Made by a program: the position numbers and the translations under genes. A DNA stretch of 63,909 bases, the filler included, from Perkinsus chesapeaki ATCC PRA-425 (Eukaryota > Protista > Perkinsozoa): NCBI GenBank assembly GCA_013115145.1. It is 9 parts of 9 records of this genome, joined end to end, with 100 filler letters (N's around TTAATTAATTAA, not from the genome) between each part and the next. Parts side by side here need not be neighbours in the genome. Positions count along the whole stretch, not along the records: positions 50,246 to 56,186 come from JAAPAO010001116.1; positions 56,287 to 62,764 come from JAAPAO010001082.1; 7 more parts are not named here. The stretch is one strand, 5' to 3'. Positions 50,666-62,864 of the stretch are shown piece after piece (position 1 is the first letter of the stretch; the number at the start of each line of letters is the position of its first letter). Below the pieces are notes generated by a model that saw only the letters and a program-made list of their open reading frames with translations, ran no database searches and was not told the origin of the DNA.

Positions 50666-52096
50666 TTAATGTCTAATGCCAATGAAGTTGCATAATTGAT
50701 TCTTATCCATTCTCTCCTACATATTTCATCATCTGATTATATTCTACTCCTACAGAGGAATGCTGATGTTTTCGATTATTGCAATCTGGAAGGGAGTGAA
50801 GCTTCACTGGATAACTCTATGTATCTTTGGTTCAAGTACTCGAGGTTCACTCAGCCGGCTCGGAGTGGGTGATTAAATCCGGAAAAGTGGTTTCACTGCA
50901 ACTAGGAACTGCCTCCGCAATAAATCAAGTACAAGTTGGTTAATTGGAGCTGCCACAATGCGAAGGGGCAAATCCGTAATTCAGTGCCAGACCTTCCCCA
51001 GCCCTTGGGGGTTTTTGTAATCATCACTGAGTAATCATTCACCCAGCCTCACGTGACATAAACTGTATGTGCGAGTAGTAACTGCTCTCAATGGCACTGG
51101 AAAGGATAACTTCCTAAAAGTCTACAGTGTTTTATTGCATCACGTGCTGGCCAAACACTGAAAAAGCGAACGAATTCCTGCGACTTTTTTTTGCTTCTAT
51201 CCGCCGTTTTCTAGGAACGCACGGGACAATGGAGCGTGACGCAAGTGCTGCCATATCAAAACCGCTATGCACACTCGAAAACTCAAGTCAAGATATTTGT
51301 ATTATCATTGTCGCACCTCGCCAAGAATAGTGCCATAAATGTTACAGCAGTTTTGCCATGGATATGTTAGTATGATAAAACCGATTAACCATACGGGCAC
51401 TAAGCTGCAAATTTGGCGCATTCGGCATTCTCAATTCGTGACCGCCATAAACATTCCAGCGGCAGTGCCGCTGCGGCACGCCAGAACCCGGAGAGCCCTC
51501 GTCACTCAGAGCAAGAACTGCTACCCACTATGAGATTCTAGCAGCTTTGCAAGATCAGTCCTCCGCTCTGCATGAATATGTGCCTATTTGAGTCGCGCGT
51601 ATAGTACGCCGTATTATTTTTTCCTGTGACATGCATTGTGACAGCTCTTGGCCTCCGCCCAATCTCTAGCCCGACTCAGTCACCACCTATGCTAGAAATT
51701 ATGTAAGCAGCCAATAGCAACGTCTTCCTGATTGTATCAGGCTGATACTAAGTTCCTCAGATTCTCCATAACTCTCCAGAATGAGACCATTTCGAGTAGT
51801 TATTCCATGGAGCTGTATTAGAATTAGCCAACTCGACTCCACCTTTCCGCTTCGGAATAGTATCACTGAATAATGAATTGTTGGACATTACACAGGAGTG
51901 ATTATACGAATGGGAATAAAACCTTGAATAAACAACAATAGTCTAACTCCTTCTAATCACATGCTTTAGTAAGTGTACAACTACTAAGCTTTATAACAAG
52001 CTAAAATAACAGTTAGGGACAATTGTGTTGTGTTAAATAGGGACAGTAATAATTGTGTTTGTCATCATACATAGTAGACTGCCTATTCTTGCACAG

Positions 52097-52361
52097 AGCA
52101 CTACGATAAACCAACTGGCAGCTGCACCTACGATGGAAAGGAACTCAAAGATTGTTTCTGTCCGAACGGTGACTTCCCATTCTTTGGGCTGGTTGCACCA
52201 TCATAGTTAGCACGTTTTCCCAACGATCGTATCAGATCCACGGTAAGGTGGGTGCTGCCATGTGTGTCCCCTCCTGCGACAAGGGCGAGTGCCACAAGTA
52301 TGAGCCTTACTTCTGGCAGAGATGCTGTAGAAATGACTTATGCCTCCTGCCGTGTGTCCTG
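52097..52361 (+). CDS. Cys-rich small protein exons (copy 1)
   Basis: HYDKPTGSCTYDGKELKDCFCPNGDFP and AMCVPSCDKGECHKY..CCRNDLCLLPCVL. Confidence 0.6.
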
Positions 52362-54331
52362 GTGAGCTCGACTACAACGGTTGCAGAGTCAGCATGGTAT
52401 ATTCACTTGCTCGTTAGACCCTTGCCCCATGCGTGAGCAATATGCAGTGTTACTATGCAGGTGGACAATATGGTAACATTTGCCTCTATCCGATGTAGAA
52501 AGAATGTATTCAGTACATTGAGTCTCATACAGCCTCTTTCTAAGGCCGGGCCTCAGAGAGGACCATTCTTTGTTATTCCCGTCGGGCCTATTTTGCAAAA
52601 ATCACTCACCTTTTCGAGCCCTCAGTCAAAGATTTCTTGAGTTTTCCTGCTCATATTATGAGGTCTTCTGCAAGTTCTGGTGAAGCTAACAGAATCCATC
52701 GCTCATAAACTCTATAATATGGAGCGGCGTCTCCGGTGCCTCACAGGACCATTTAGTCAATGCAATTCGAATCTCTGTCACGAACGTTCTCACATTCCGT
52801 GAGATCCTTAGTGGTCTCTCCCATGGTGAATATTTGCGCTTCTTATTTATTGAAGATTGATTTAATATAACCAAGTCTGAACCTATTGTGGTCAGATGAC
52901 TTTGATATCAGTGTGTTGACTTGAACTGCAATCCTTTAGACAACCAGGTCTGAGTGTAAGGGTTATCCCGCGAGTGAACAGGCAAAGACAGGTCCAACCG
53001 TGATACTTGATGCATCATGAACACTCGTGGAGTACCATAGCTTTGGCGGTATTCCTCCAGAAAGAGGGAACCAAAAAATACGTGACTAACAGTGAAGAGA
53101 TTGGACCTATTATTGGCGAGTTTTCGCACGACGCTAGCGCCAACACAATTCTACGACATTTGCTGCATCGTGCTTGCTCTGGGTATTGGAGCTTGTTCGT
53201 TTGCGCTACGCTTACGGTAACTCATGGCTCGTACTGGAGTGAAACAGAGTGCCAAAGTTCATCAGAAAAATGCCTGAAAACTCGCTCCCCGTCACCATTC
53301 TGATGCGACAAGTGGCGGAGTCGGGCGCGAATGAGTTCTGAAGCGAATGGTGCTCTTCAACTCTGTATAACCGAGCCTATCTTCGGCTGATTATGAGGAA
53401 TAGACTGAGATCTCTGACCTGGCTATTGGTTTGCCGTTACCGATAATACCTGTAGCAGTTTCTCGTATGAAGGTTGTGCGAATGGGACCCTTCGGGTCCC
53501 AGATAGCTCCGTGAGTCAATGATGCTGTGTGGCCGATAAACCAACAGCGTCCATTTGAATTCCAGCTCAACGTGGCAGCCTTATCGCCTTGCATGGGTGG
53601 AAAGAGCCCTACAGTGAGGCAATGCACCAAATGGCGTGAGAGTTTTCCCATCTTGGACGTTGGGACATCGTCTTAAGTTCATAGTGCAGTTTGTCGAAAC
53701 CTACCTTGATGTACTACCCACACAGCTGTCTGAAGATCCAGCGGAACCGAGCCGCACAACTCCCATTCGAGAAGAAACCCGAGATTTCATCGGTACAGGT
53801 ATGACAATGATCCATTCCGAAAGCTCAGTATCGTCCTAGTTGAGAACCACAAATAGCTTGGGACACTTAGACGTCAACGTGGCATATTGCACTCGAGGAA
53901 TACATTCCCTCCCGGCTCCTCCACTGGTGGCGTCGGAATGGTGACATGAAGTTAGTTTTAGGGCATTTTGCCGAACAGATATGCTGACTTTCACATTCAT
54001 AACGGCTTTCCCTGACTTTATGATCTCATTTGTTTCTCGTCGAAATACTCACACCAAGTCTTTTCCAGATCTTGTCTGTCATCGTGGTTCGCGATTCAAC
54101 AATGCGTTAAGGACAAATTATCCTGGAATCCAGGACTTGGATAATGCTCTCCTTCATAATCTTCACTCTTGGGATATCGCTCTCTACCCAGGCGGAGATC
54201 TCTCCAATGCAACTCGAGAATATGTAAGCCATTGTGATTATCGTTACAATGTCATTTGAAAAACGAGTTCTACCTCAGATTCTCCACCCCGCATCTCAGT
54301 AGTTTCCTGTCAAGTGGCACAGGAACTGTAG

Positions 54332-54590
54332 GGCATTATCAGAAGCCCACCGGTAATTGCACCATTGACGACGGGCGTGTTCACGATTGTCATTGTCCCG
54401 ATGGGGATTACCCACTAGTTGGGGTTGTAGTGTTGCCCTTCTGTAAGCCTTGCTGTATTAATCATGTCAGGTAGGGAAGAGTAAGGTCGGAAGTATGTGT
54501 CTCCCATCATGCAAGAAGGGAACCTGCCCCGGTTATCAATCTCGGTCCGCAGCCTGTTTTAAGAACTTATGCTTCTTGCCGTGTATCGCG
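54332..54590 (+). CDS. Cys-rich small protein exons (copy 2, paralog of 52097-52361)
   Basis: HYQKPTGNCTIDDGRVHDCHCPDGDYP and SMCLPSCKKGTCPGY..ACFKNLCFLPCIA. Confidence 0.6.
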
Positions 54591-54659
54591 GTAAGTAAGA
54601 GCAAGCGCTTTATGACAAAGGCTTCGTATCATAATAATATTATGGTAATATGAATTATG

Positions 54660-54710
54660 ATATCCCGAGCTCGCAGTATATTATGACAATATACTGCGAG
54701 CTCGGGATAT
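54660..54710. repeat. Perfect 23-bp inverted repeat with a 5-nt loop
   Basis: ATATCCCGAGCTCGCAGTATATT-atgac-AATATACTGCGAGCTCGGGATAT. Confidence 0.95.
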
Positions 54711-56779
54711 GAGGCTTATGTTCCCGCATTCTCACAACAATAAAAGGCACAGCGATGCCGACGGCAGATTTCGCTCTGTTCGGCTTCCACATATTTGTTT
54801 TCAGGCCATTCCAGTATGCCCGCGTAACATGAAGTGTGTTGGTTCAGCTGTTGGTAATATTTGCCTCAACCAGATATAAGGCAGAATACGAGACAGTTTT
54901 TAACAGTGATGGCCACGGACCGTACACTATGGGGGCTATAATGGCTCCTTTATTCAAATGTCACGACAAACCAATATTCTTACTTGAGACATTGTCGTCG
55001 ACAATTTGTCGAGGGCCTCACGAAAATTGCCAGGGAATCGTCTCTTTCCCATCATGGAGTTTTGTTAGTATGTCAATTGTTACACATATTGAGTCACGCA
55101 GGGAAAGGTCAGCATGCCGGAGTGAGAGTCAGGCTGAAAGGCTAGCATTGTTAGCGCCACCCTTGTCGCTTTCCCAATTTCCCACAGCAAACAACTTGTC
55201 TGCCCCGAGTGGTAAAAGACAGGATTAGAAATAACTGTGAAAATGACGCAGCTTCACTATATATTTGGTGACTTCATGGGCGTTCCCTTCCTGTGCAGTG
55301 TTGACAAATCGCCAGCATGGTACGCCGCACGGTGGCGCCGAAAATTCAAGTGTCCTGTGCTCTCTACTGATTATAGTTGTACATGAAAGGAGTGCGAATA
55401 CTAGCTGTATAACCAAGGATGAGTCCGTAGTTGAACGAGTAATCAAGTAAGCTTACTTGCTGGTCCGATGGCCTAGCCCATGGTGTCTGTACTTCCCGTA
55501 ATCGTCCGTCTCACTGCTGGGAAGTCTATCTCTGATTACTTAAGTCTGGTATGTTCAATTCATCCATTAATGCGTGCCTTCCTATTAACTATTAACTAGA
55601 TTGCACAGTTGGACGTGGACCCATTCTCCTCGCTTTCTCCTGCCTTTTCAAAAGGCAGGCAGAAGTTCACTTTAATCTCATTCTGGCATCTAACTTATCA
55701 GGGTCAAAGCTCACTCGAAGTTGCGTTATATGACGATTCTATAGTCTCCCTTAGGGAAAATGAGGAGTGCGACTCGCTCAGGCCTCAATTAAGAGGTCTA
55801 AATCTACAGTAGATTATCTACTTAAGGCGACCTTATTCACCGCATATAGCCATATCAGTGATATGATATCAGTCCGCACACTTTATCTCACGTTGCATAT
55901 TATACACCTCTCAAGTTTACCACATTCTCCTAGGATCCACAGGGTTTTCATGAAGTTAGAGCCCACCCCCTGTAACTCTTTATTGCGAACGAGTTGGAAA
56001 CCGAGACTCATACCATTCGAAAGCTCTCATTTTTTCTATCTACTGGGATGTCATTCAAAGCCATTGCCATGGTGTGCGACTTGTACTATTGAACGAAAAC
56101 GCCACGAAATTGCAAGACAGCGCTCTTGTCATGATGAACATGCCCGACATTTGGTCCACCGAGTCTGAGAAAGATTGTGCATCCTANNNNNNNNNNNNNN
56201 NNNNNNNNNNNNNNNNNNNNNNNNNNNNNNTTAATTAATTAANNNNNNNNNNNNNNNNNNNNNNNNNNNNNNNNNNNNNNNNNNNNGTGGCCAATATCCC
56301 CATATCCATAATAACTCAACTTATTATCTGCATTGGAGACCTCTTATTGGGTTGTTACAACTGAACAATTATGTGAGAAACTTCAATATCTTCAAGATGT
56401 CAAGAATCTTGAACATGAAGATAATTCCGCATCTGTCACGGTAAGGATTCTCACTTCCACTCATCATCTAATACGAAGCGAGTCATAACGCCGGACTATC
56501 CGTCGATGTATCCATAAATATGGTCACGCAAGACATTAAAATTTCTATAACACGTTTCAATGTGTAATCACATGCCTTTAAACTTGAACTCCAAAGATAT
56601 TTTATTTTTCCACCCTTCTGAATTGGTTCGACCTTGTATTTGTAAGATTCCAAAGTTCCACTAATCGATGTGTATAATAGCTTAACATAATAATATCAGA
56701 TCAGAAACTACTCTTCAATGGTCATAAAGAAACATGAGGTTAAATTATCAGTTAATATCAATCGCCTCTTTAACAAGAG

Positions 56780-58200
56780 TACGAAGGAAGACTGTTTGAT
56801 CTTCAGCAGTTCTATTGCGACGTCTCCAAGTCCTGAAGAAGTAAACAATGATCCGCTCTGCTAGGATTCAGTTATACCAGTAATCAATAGCGATGGTCTT
56901 GCAATTATGGTGAGATCGAAGGTGTCGATGTTTCAAGAACCTGAGCAACGTAACACCGATCATCATTTAACCTAGTGGCTGTGTGGTCTGGTGGTCCATA
57001 TTCATGCTTCGGGTGCACGAGATCCCGGGTTCGATTCTCGGCCCAGCCCTTACAATGGTGTCGGCCTATTCAATGTATCCAACTCTATCACTAACCTTGT
57101 AGCATCGTCAAAGAAATCAACGACATAATCGCCTAATAAATAACAACTGTCAAATAACTTACCTCACCTTTTCATACCTATTCTATAATTTCTAACAATA
57201 TGCAATCGACTTTCTAATCCACGAGACCCTTTCAAGGTCTGCAGCGCATCCAACAGCTCAAAATGCAGACGAGATTTCTCAGACCTGAAACGGACGTAGA
57301 TTGCAGGTTCGATCCTCGGCGGCGGCACCTTTCGATTTCCATTCGCTGTGCGTTCTCAAATGCAGTCCGCCAGCTGTCGGGCACTTGAACCTTCCCCGAT
57401 ACTTCATTGCTGACTTCTATCATCTTCCCGAGTATATCTCTATTTCTCGGTGCTGGTGATGTGTAGATCTCTTGAGCAACATTGAGAAGTAGGAGGTCTG
57501 ATAAATAAACAGCAAGATACTCAATATCATTAGACTTGAGAGCTATTGGAAACTAGAACGAGTTCCTTTGGCGCTCTTCACACACGGTCTTGAGTTATTC
57601 ATTATTGTAGTAACCCGTTATATAAATCCATAATATGACTAATGTATAGGAATAGCGACCTCTACTGGCATCCCTCAACTGGATCGCTATTGAACAGTGT
57701 CAATAAACCGATACCAAGATGCCACCGAGTAGCGTCAGAAAAGTAGAAAAGCTAAGTCTTAACTCGCATTTTCGACAAAGCTAGCTCTGCACACCCAATT
57801 CCGCTCTAGGTGATCTGTACTGTATACAGATATTATATTAAAGTAGAGTATTGGCATACGATTCACACAGTGAAATTGCTTATTCCCGAAAAAATCGTCC
57901 ATCCCACCTGATTCTGTGGACATCGCCGATAAACTCCAGGCCATATCAACCAAAGCCTTCAGCTGTATTCGACCATGTACCTCTCGTAGCTGAGAAAATG
58001 GGAATAATTAAATTACCACCAGAGACCATCATCTTACTTTTCTGAAGTGTTCAATTAGGTTATCTCTTAACTCATCTTGCATGTGGTATTCACTCGATGT
58101 CAGTGCGAACAATACATCACTGACCTGATCAAAGCGAGATATAAGGTATTGATCAAACCATTATGGAGATTCATTTTACAACGATTATGGGTGCAATTTC
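56780..58200 (-). CDS. Exons of an uncharacterised multi-exon gene
   Basis: Open, splice-flanked segments such as DLLLLNVAQEIYTSP..ENAQRMEIERCRRRG, QVSDVLFALTSSEYHMQDELRD and LAERIIVYFFRTWRRR; no family assignment. Confidence 0.3.
56977..57049 (+). tRNA. trnP-CGG: tRNA-Pro(CGG), with one mismatch each in the acceptor and anticodon stems
   Basis: GGCTGTG-TGGTCTGGTGG..CATGC-TT-CGG-GT-GCACG-AGATC-CCGGG-TTCGATT-CTCGG-CCCAGCC-C; anticodon at 57010-57012. Confidence 0.8.
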
Positions 58201-59959
58201 ACGAAATGATACCGTCATGGCCGATCAACAACTGGTGTAGATTATATACAGTATTACTGGATGTAGAACAAAGTTTGTTGAGCAAAAAAAGACAACCGTT
58301 AAGTACATTATTTCAGAAATATCATTTTATAGCGACAATCATTGAGAAATACGTTTTTGCAGTTGAGTCATTATTATGCACCGAAATTAATATGTTATTA
58401 TACTCTGTTTGGATTGTGGTGGCTCAGTGGAGATACCTTAGCTGTAGCAGTTCTGCGGTAGTGGTGAGTCATATATGATTTATCTTACCTGTTTCGGAGT
58501 CTTTAAAGATGACTCGTCAATATCACCCAAGCTGAGTAAGATTCCTTCAATTTGCATAGTCGATAAAAACCTAAGAATGACTTTAACCTTTCAAAACCAT
58601 CCAACAACTCACCGAAGCTTCGCCAAACTCTTCAAAATAATCACCAATTGAGAGGATGAAAACTGTGGCAGTTGGTCATGGACAAGAGACGACAATCGAC
58701 GGAGTAGCAAACCTCTGAAAAAGTGCTGTGAAATCATCATATACTTTCCCAACTCTTGCATTTCCTTTACACTAGTCTGGGGGTAGTGTGAAAAAGAGTA
58801 AGGTTTTTCTGCATTTTTAAATCATCAAGACTCACGGGCTCCTCGGAACGTAATACTTAAGACAACTTAAGGGAGGGTTCCTTAACTAAAACTTGTCATG
58901 GCTTCGAGACGTTCTATACTTCGCAATTGAAATTGATTCACATTCGGGAGCTGACCTTGGTGCATCGATATAGTTGATAGGGCGGAGTAGTCTAGAACGG
59001 TCTTTCCTTGCTCTGTTATATACAATATCGTTGTATGTGATGGTGATGGTGGGCGGCGGTGGCGGCTGATCTGCCGAATAAACCCGTAGTTTACCCCATC
59101 CGTCGTGTGCCACAACTAGGTAAATGATAAAGGGATGAAGCAATAGCGAACAAGCGATTAACTTAAAACCGGACGGTTGATGAAGTTTTTTACCCACTAA
59201 GAGCTCACCGGGCCAATCCCAATCCAGATAGCATCTTCAGTGTGTTCACAGCATCGATAACGGTAAAACTGAAAGAACCCTTCTAATAAATGAGGGGACT
59301 ACGCGAGCGCATGGTGACCGATGGAAACTGGGAGCCCGAGCGGCTGTTTCGAGCTCGACAGCTCGTCCACAAATGACATAAACAAATTGAGGTCTAAAAA
59401 CACGAAATGTTGGTCGAAATTATGACCACTAGATAATCATCATAGTCTTCAGTATTGTGAACTATCATATGTCAATGAGACTTCGTGCAAGAAAGGTACT
59501 TCAAAATTAAGTCAGGATTTTATACGAACAATATTCACCACGCACGAACTGAAATAACCGAAAGCAGAATGAATGATGGTGAATCATAACTGATGATGCA
59601 AATATAAATTATGAGCTCCGCCGATGATGCTGTTTTTAGCGAGTCAATTCTGCCACAGTGAATTCTTTATAGCTTCACATTTCAAAGTCAATCGGAAGCA
59701 GAGCGTCTCACCGATCAATTTCATCAGTCAATCGTTCGATAGCGTTTTCGGTAAGATCTCTGTCATGCACGCCCCATCTCCTCTGAGCTTCAAGAATCAA
59801 GCATAACTCCGAGGGAGAGAAATCCTGGAGAGAACCTCAAAAGCACGCTCAACCTTAAAGATACCTCAATTTGAGCCAGCGTATCTTCCTTTATCATCTC
59901 TATTAAATTCGGATCCCTCGACCCTCTGCTCGCCAGACCAAAAGCCAGAGAAGCCAGTG

Positions 59960-60030
59960 CAGTAGGCCTGGAAACCCGGCACCCTCATTCCCGCACAGGT
60001 TCGAATCCCCTCACTTGAACTCCTCTCTTT
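59960..60030 (+). ncRNA. Degenerate tRNA-like relic
   Basis: CTGGAAA loop-like motif, a long spacer, then B-box GGTTCGAATCC at 59998-60008; stems pair poorly. Confidence 0.3.
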
Positions 60031-60419
60031 TCTTAAACGCAGCAGCTGTTATTTTCTGACAGACTTCCATTATCTCCGGTGTTGATGATACCGGTAATGC
60101 GCTCAACGCACTGCACATTTTACCCAATGAACGTGCATCAAGTTCCTGAGGAGATCCGAGTAGCTCCAATCGACATTAGAGAAAAAATTTTCCCTGGCAA
60201 GAAGACCGTAGAAAAATCCTTCCAGAAAGGCTAGTAACAGTGCAAGAAATTTAGCATTTTTTCATCGGAAACTGGGGAAAGTTCAACAAAAACTACACAG
60301 AAAAATGTCACGGATTGATCATGAAGCCAACTTGAAGCCGCATGTATTATTATAGTCATGATTCGATATTTTCATACTGTAAACTGACATTGTATATCTT
60401 ACTGAAGTCTGAGAACCAA

Positions 60420-60683
60420 CTTTTTCCAAGAGTCTTCTAAATCTGGTATCCTGTATCATCATACCGCTCTCTTCTCTATTCACCCCTCGACCAAGCCCTT
60501 TCAATGCTTCCTCTAGACCAGCTGCTGTCATATCACTATTAGAGTTGAAATGTGATAATATTTCCTCCATACTTTGTATCTGACAAATCGATCAAGCGAT
60601 CGATTTGAACCCAACCTCACCTTAGGAACGGTAGCAACGGTACACAGACCCCGACCGAGATGGACCTGCTTGGCGATCATCAT
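60420..60683 (-). CDS. First exons of a probable mitochondrion-targeted protein
   Basis: MMIAKQVHLGRGLCTVATVPK (presequence-like) spliced to IQSMEEILSHF..QDTRFRRLLEK. Confidence 0.3.
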
Positions 60684-60907
60684 GACCAAAAACCCACCTG
60701 TCAATGAGCTCTCCCTCTCCCTCGAAACACAACGCTCATACAATTAGCGCGCGCCCAAACAATCGATTGTATTCATTTTAATCGGCTTTCGGCTTTGACA
60801 TTTTCATCAGGAAAATAGACATGCAGAACATCACACCGATGAGTGCTGCACCTACACGCATTCGGAAACGGAACACCTAATAAAATAATCGGTCAGTCGG
60901 GCGAGCG

Positions 60908-61231
60908 CTAAATCCTTGAGCTTACATCCTCATCCTCAGTACGGAAGGCCTTATAGAGTAAGTACGCGACGGAGATGATAAAAATACTTTGGATGGTTCT
61001 ATAAAGAACTGGCAAGAGATAACGTAGGGCCGGCGGCGGAGTGTTGGATAATTCCCATCTTACCTCGGGGGAAAATTCTTCTTTTGAAAGTATCAACTCT
61101 TGGAAAGCCTGGAAAGCCTGCGGAACCGTTGGATAGGAATTTGGTAATGTTGTCGTCCTTGACACTCCATCTGAGATGAAAGGTGGGGAGGAAGATACTT
61201 TGGAAGTGAACGGGACAAAAGATGAATGCAA
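60908..61231 (-). CDS. Hypothetical protein 3' exons with a C-terminal TM segment
   Basis: ORF ends TIQSIFIISVAYLLYKAFRTEDEDVSSRI*. Confidence 0.3.
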   Translation of the reverse strand: MHSSFVPFTSKVSSSPPFISDGVSRTTTLPNSYPTVPQAFQAFQELILSKEEFSPEVRWELSNTPPPALRYLLPVLYRTIQSIFIISVAYLLYKAFRTEDEDVSSRI

Positions 61232-62162
61232 AGGAAATGAAATAAATGGTAAAATATAAAGTACATAAAATAGAATTCAACAGCATGTATGTTATCAGTG
61301 AAAACTAGGAGTTAGAGAATAATTATTAACAATTCGAGGTGGAATGAGTGGGTGTGACATCGTAAAGAAAAGATTGAAAAAACACAATATGGACATCACA
61401 GGCCAAAACACTTGGCCGTCGATAAAATGAAGAGTATATATATGGCATGACAAAAGCAGTGTTCCGAGAGATTAGAATGCGCCGTTGACACAAGTGCAGT
61501 ATTCCGAGAGCGATATCTCTTTACCTTCCTCTTAACCATTTGTCTAGCTTTGCATCATCTTCCAATGGTAAAGATGATATTGGTATCCTTTCCAGTAACA
61601 CATGAAGTTCGCTGGGTCTACCGGTAATCACACTGCCTGATCACAAGATTATTCCAGTTTGGTTTAGGGGCTGATGGGGTTTAAAAAAGGTACACAATAA
61701 TGGTTATTTTATCAATATCTCTTCTACCATATAAATATCATCACCATCTCACACTTCCACTAATTATATCACTCACTTCACCACAAAAGTAGTAGCACAA
61801 TGATTAGTCACAATTCATCGGCCTCCGCGTCCTTCTAAGGCGTTTGATTGTTACAAATAAGGTGCACATTATCTCACACATCCGAAGCTCAATCGGTGCG
61901 TGTGGCAATACGCAAATCATTGCGCCGTTCTGTCTATGTAGGTCTGTTAGTGGAAAGTGGACATTATGAACTTGAGGTATTTGAATAATACTGTTAACGT
62001 ATAGATTCCTTCAACTCACCCAATGTCGGCTCCAAGCCAGGAGGGCTAGCAAGGGTAGCATCGAATCTAAATAGGGCAATGAGGACACTAAGATAATCAT
62101 GGATTACTTACATGCAGTCAAGTTGATCCCCCAGGGAGTTTACGCTGGCGGTGAAGCCTTTC

Positions 62163-62215
62163 GTTTTAGGAAGCAAAACCTAAAGGTCCCCGGTTCGAGT
62201 CCAACAACGGTTATT
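62163..62215 (+). ncRNA. Degenerate tRNA(Phe-like) relic
   Basis: TTTAGG/CCTAAA stem, then CTAAAGGTCCCCGGTTCGAGTCC resembling the tRNA-Phe 3' half; no acceptor pairing. Confidence 0.35.
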
Positions 62216-62864
62216 TCTCTTACATTTTTGAGAACGTTCCATCCCTTCGATTTCGCAAACTCTTGAGACTTTCGCAATTTCGCAGTAGTCATGCGAGTCC
62301 CTTCTGCGAATATCGTCAGCAAATACGAGGAAGAATATCTGCGTTGAGGAAATGCAAGTGTTAACAAGATAGCAAGATACCGTCGTACTGACGCAAGCCT
62401 TCAAACGACTTCAGCAGGGATTTTTTGTCTTTCTCCCATTGTCGAGTCAGAAATGGGTAGTCTGCACACGCCCACGACCAACCCAAAAATGGTATGAAAC
62501 GGAGAGAGTCCTAAAATGAAGGAAATAGTACTAAACTGAGATGTATTGGAGCAGTTTCAGCAGCGAATAGTATTTATTGCCAAGGGCCTTTACCAGTAGA
62601 TTCGGTGTCAGCTCGAGTCAGTCCGAGTAATATGCTCTTTTTCGATTAGGGCAGGATTATGTGAAACAGACTGCATAATGAGAATAGGTTCCTAGTGATA
62701 CGGAGGAGGAGATATAATAGAAAGGAGTTTGATAGGAAATATGTTACTAGTGATACGGAGGAGGNNNNNNNNNNNNNNNNNNNNNNNNNNNNNNNNNNNN
62801 NNNNNNNNTTAATTAATTAANNNNNNNNNNNNNNNNNNNNNNNNNNNNNNNNNNNNNNNNNNNN

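Noticed and set aside
57300-57330. GGTTCGATCC B-box-like motif
   Set aside because: It is antisense to an apparent coding exon, with no T-stem or terminator
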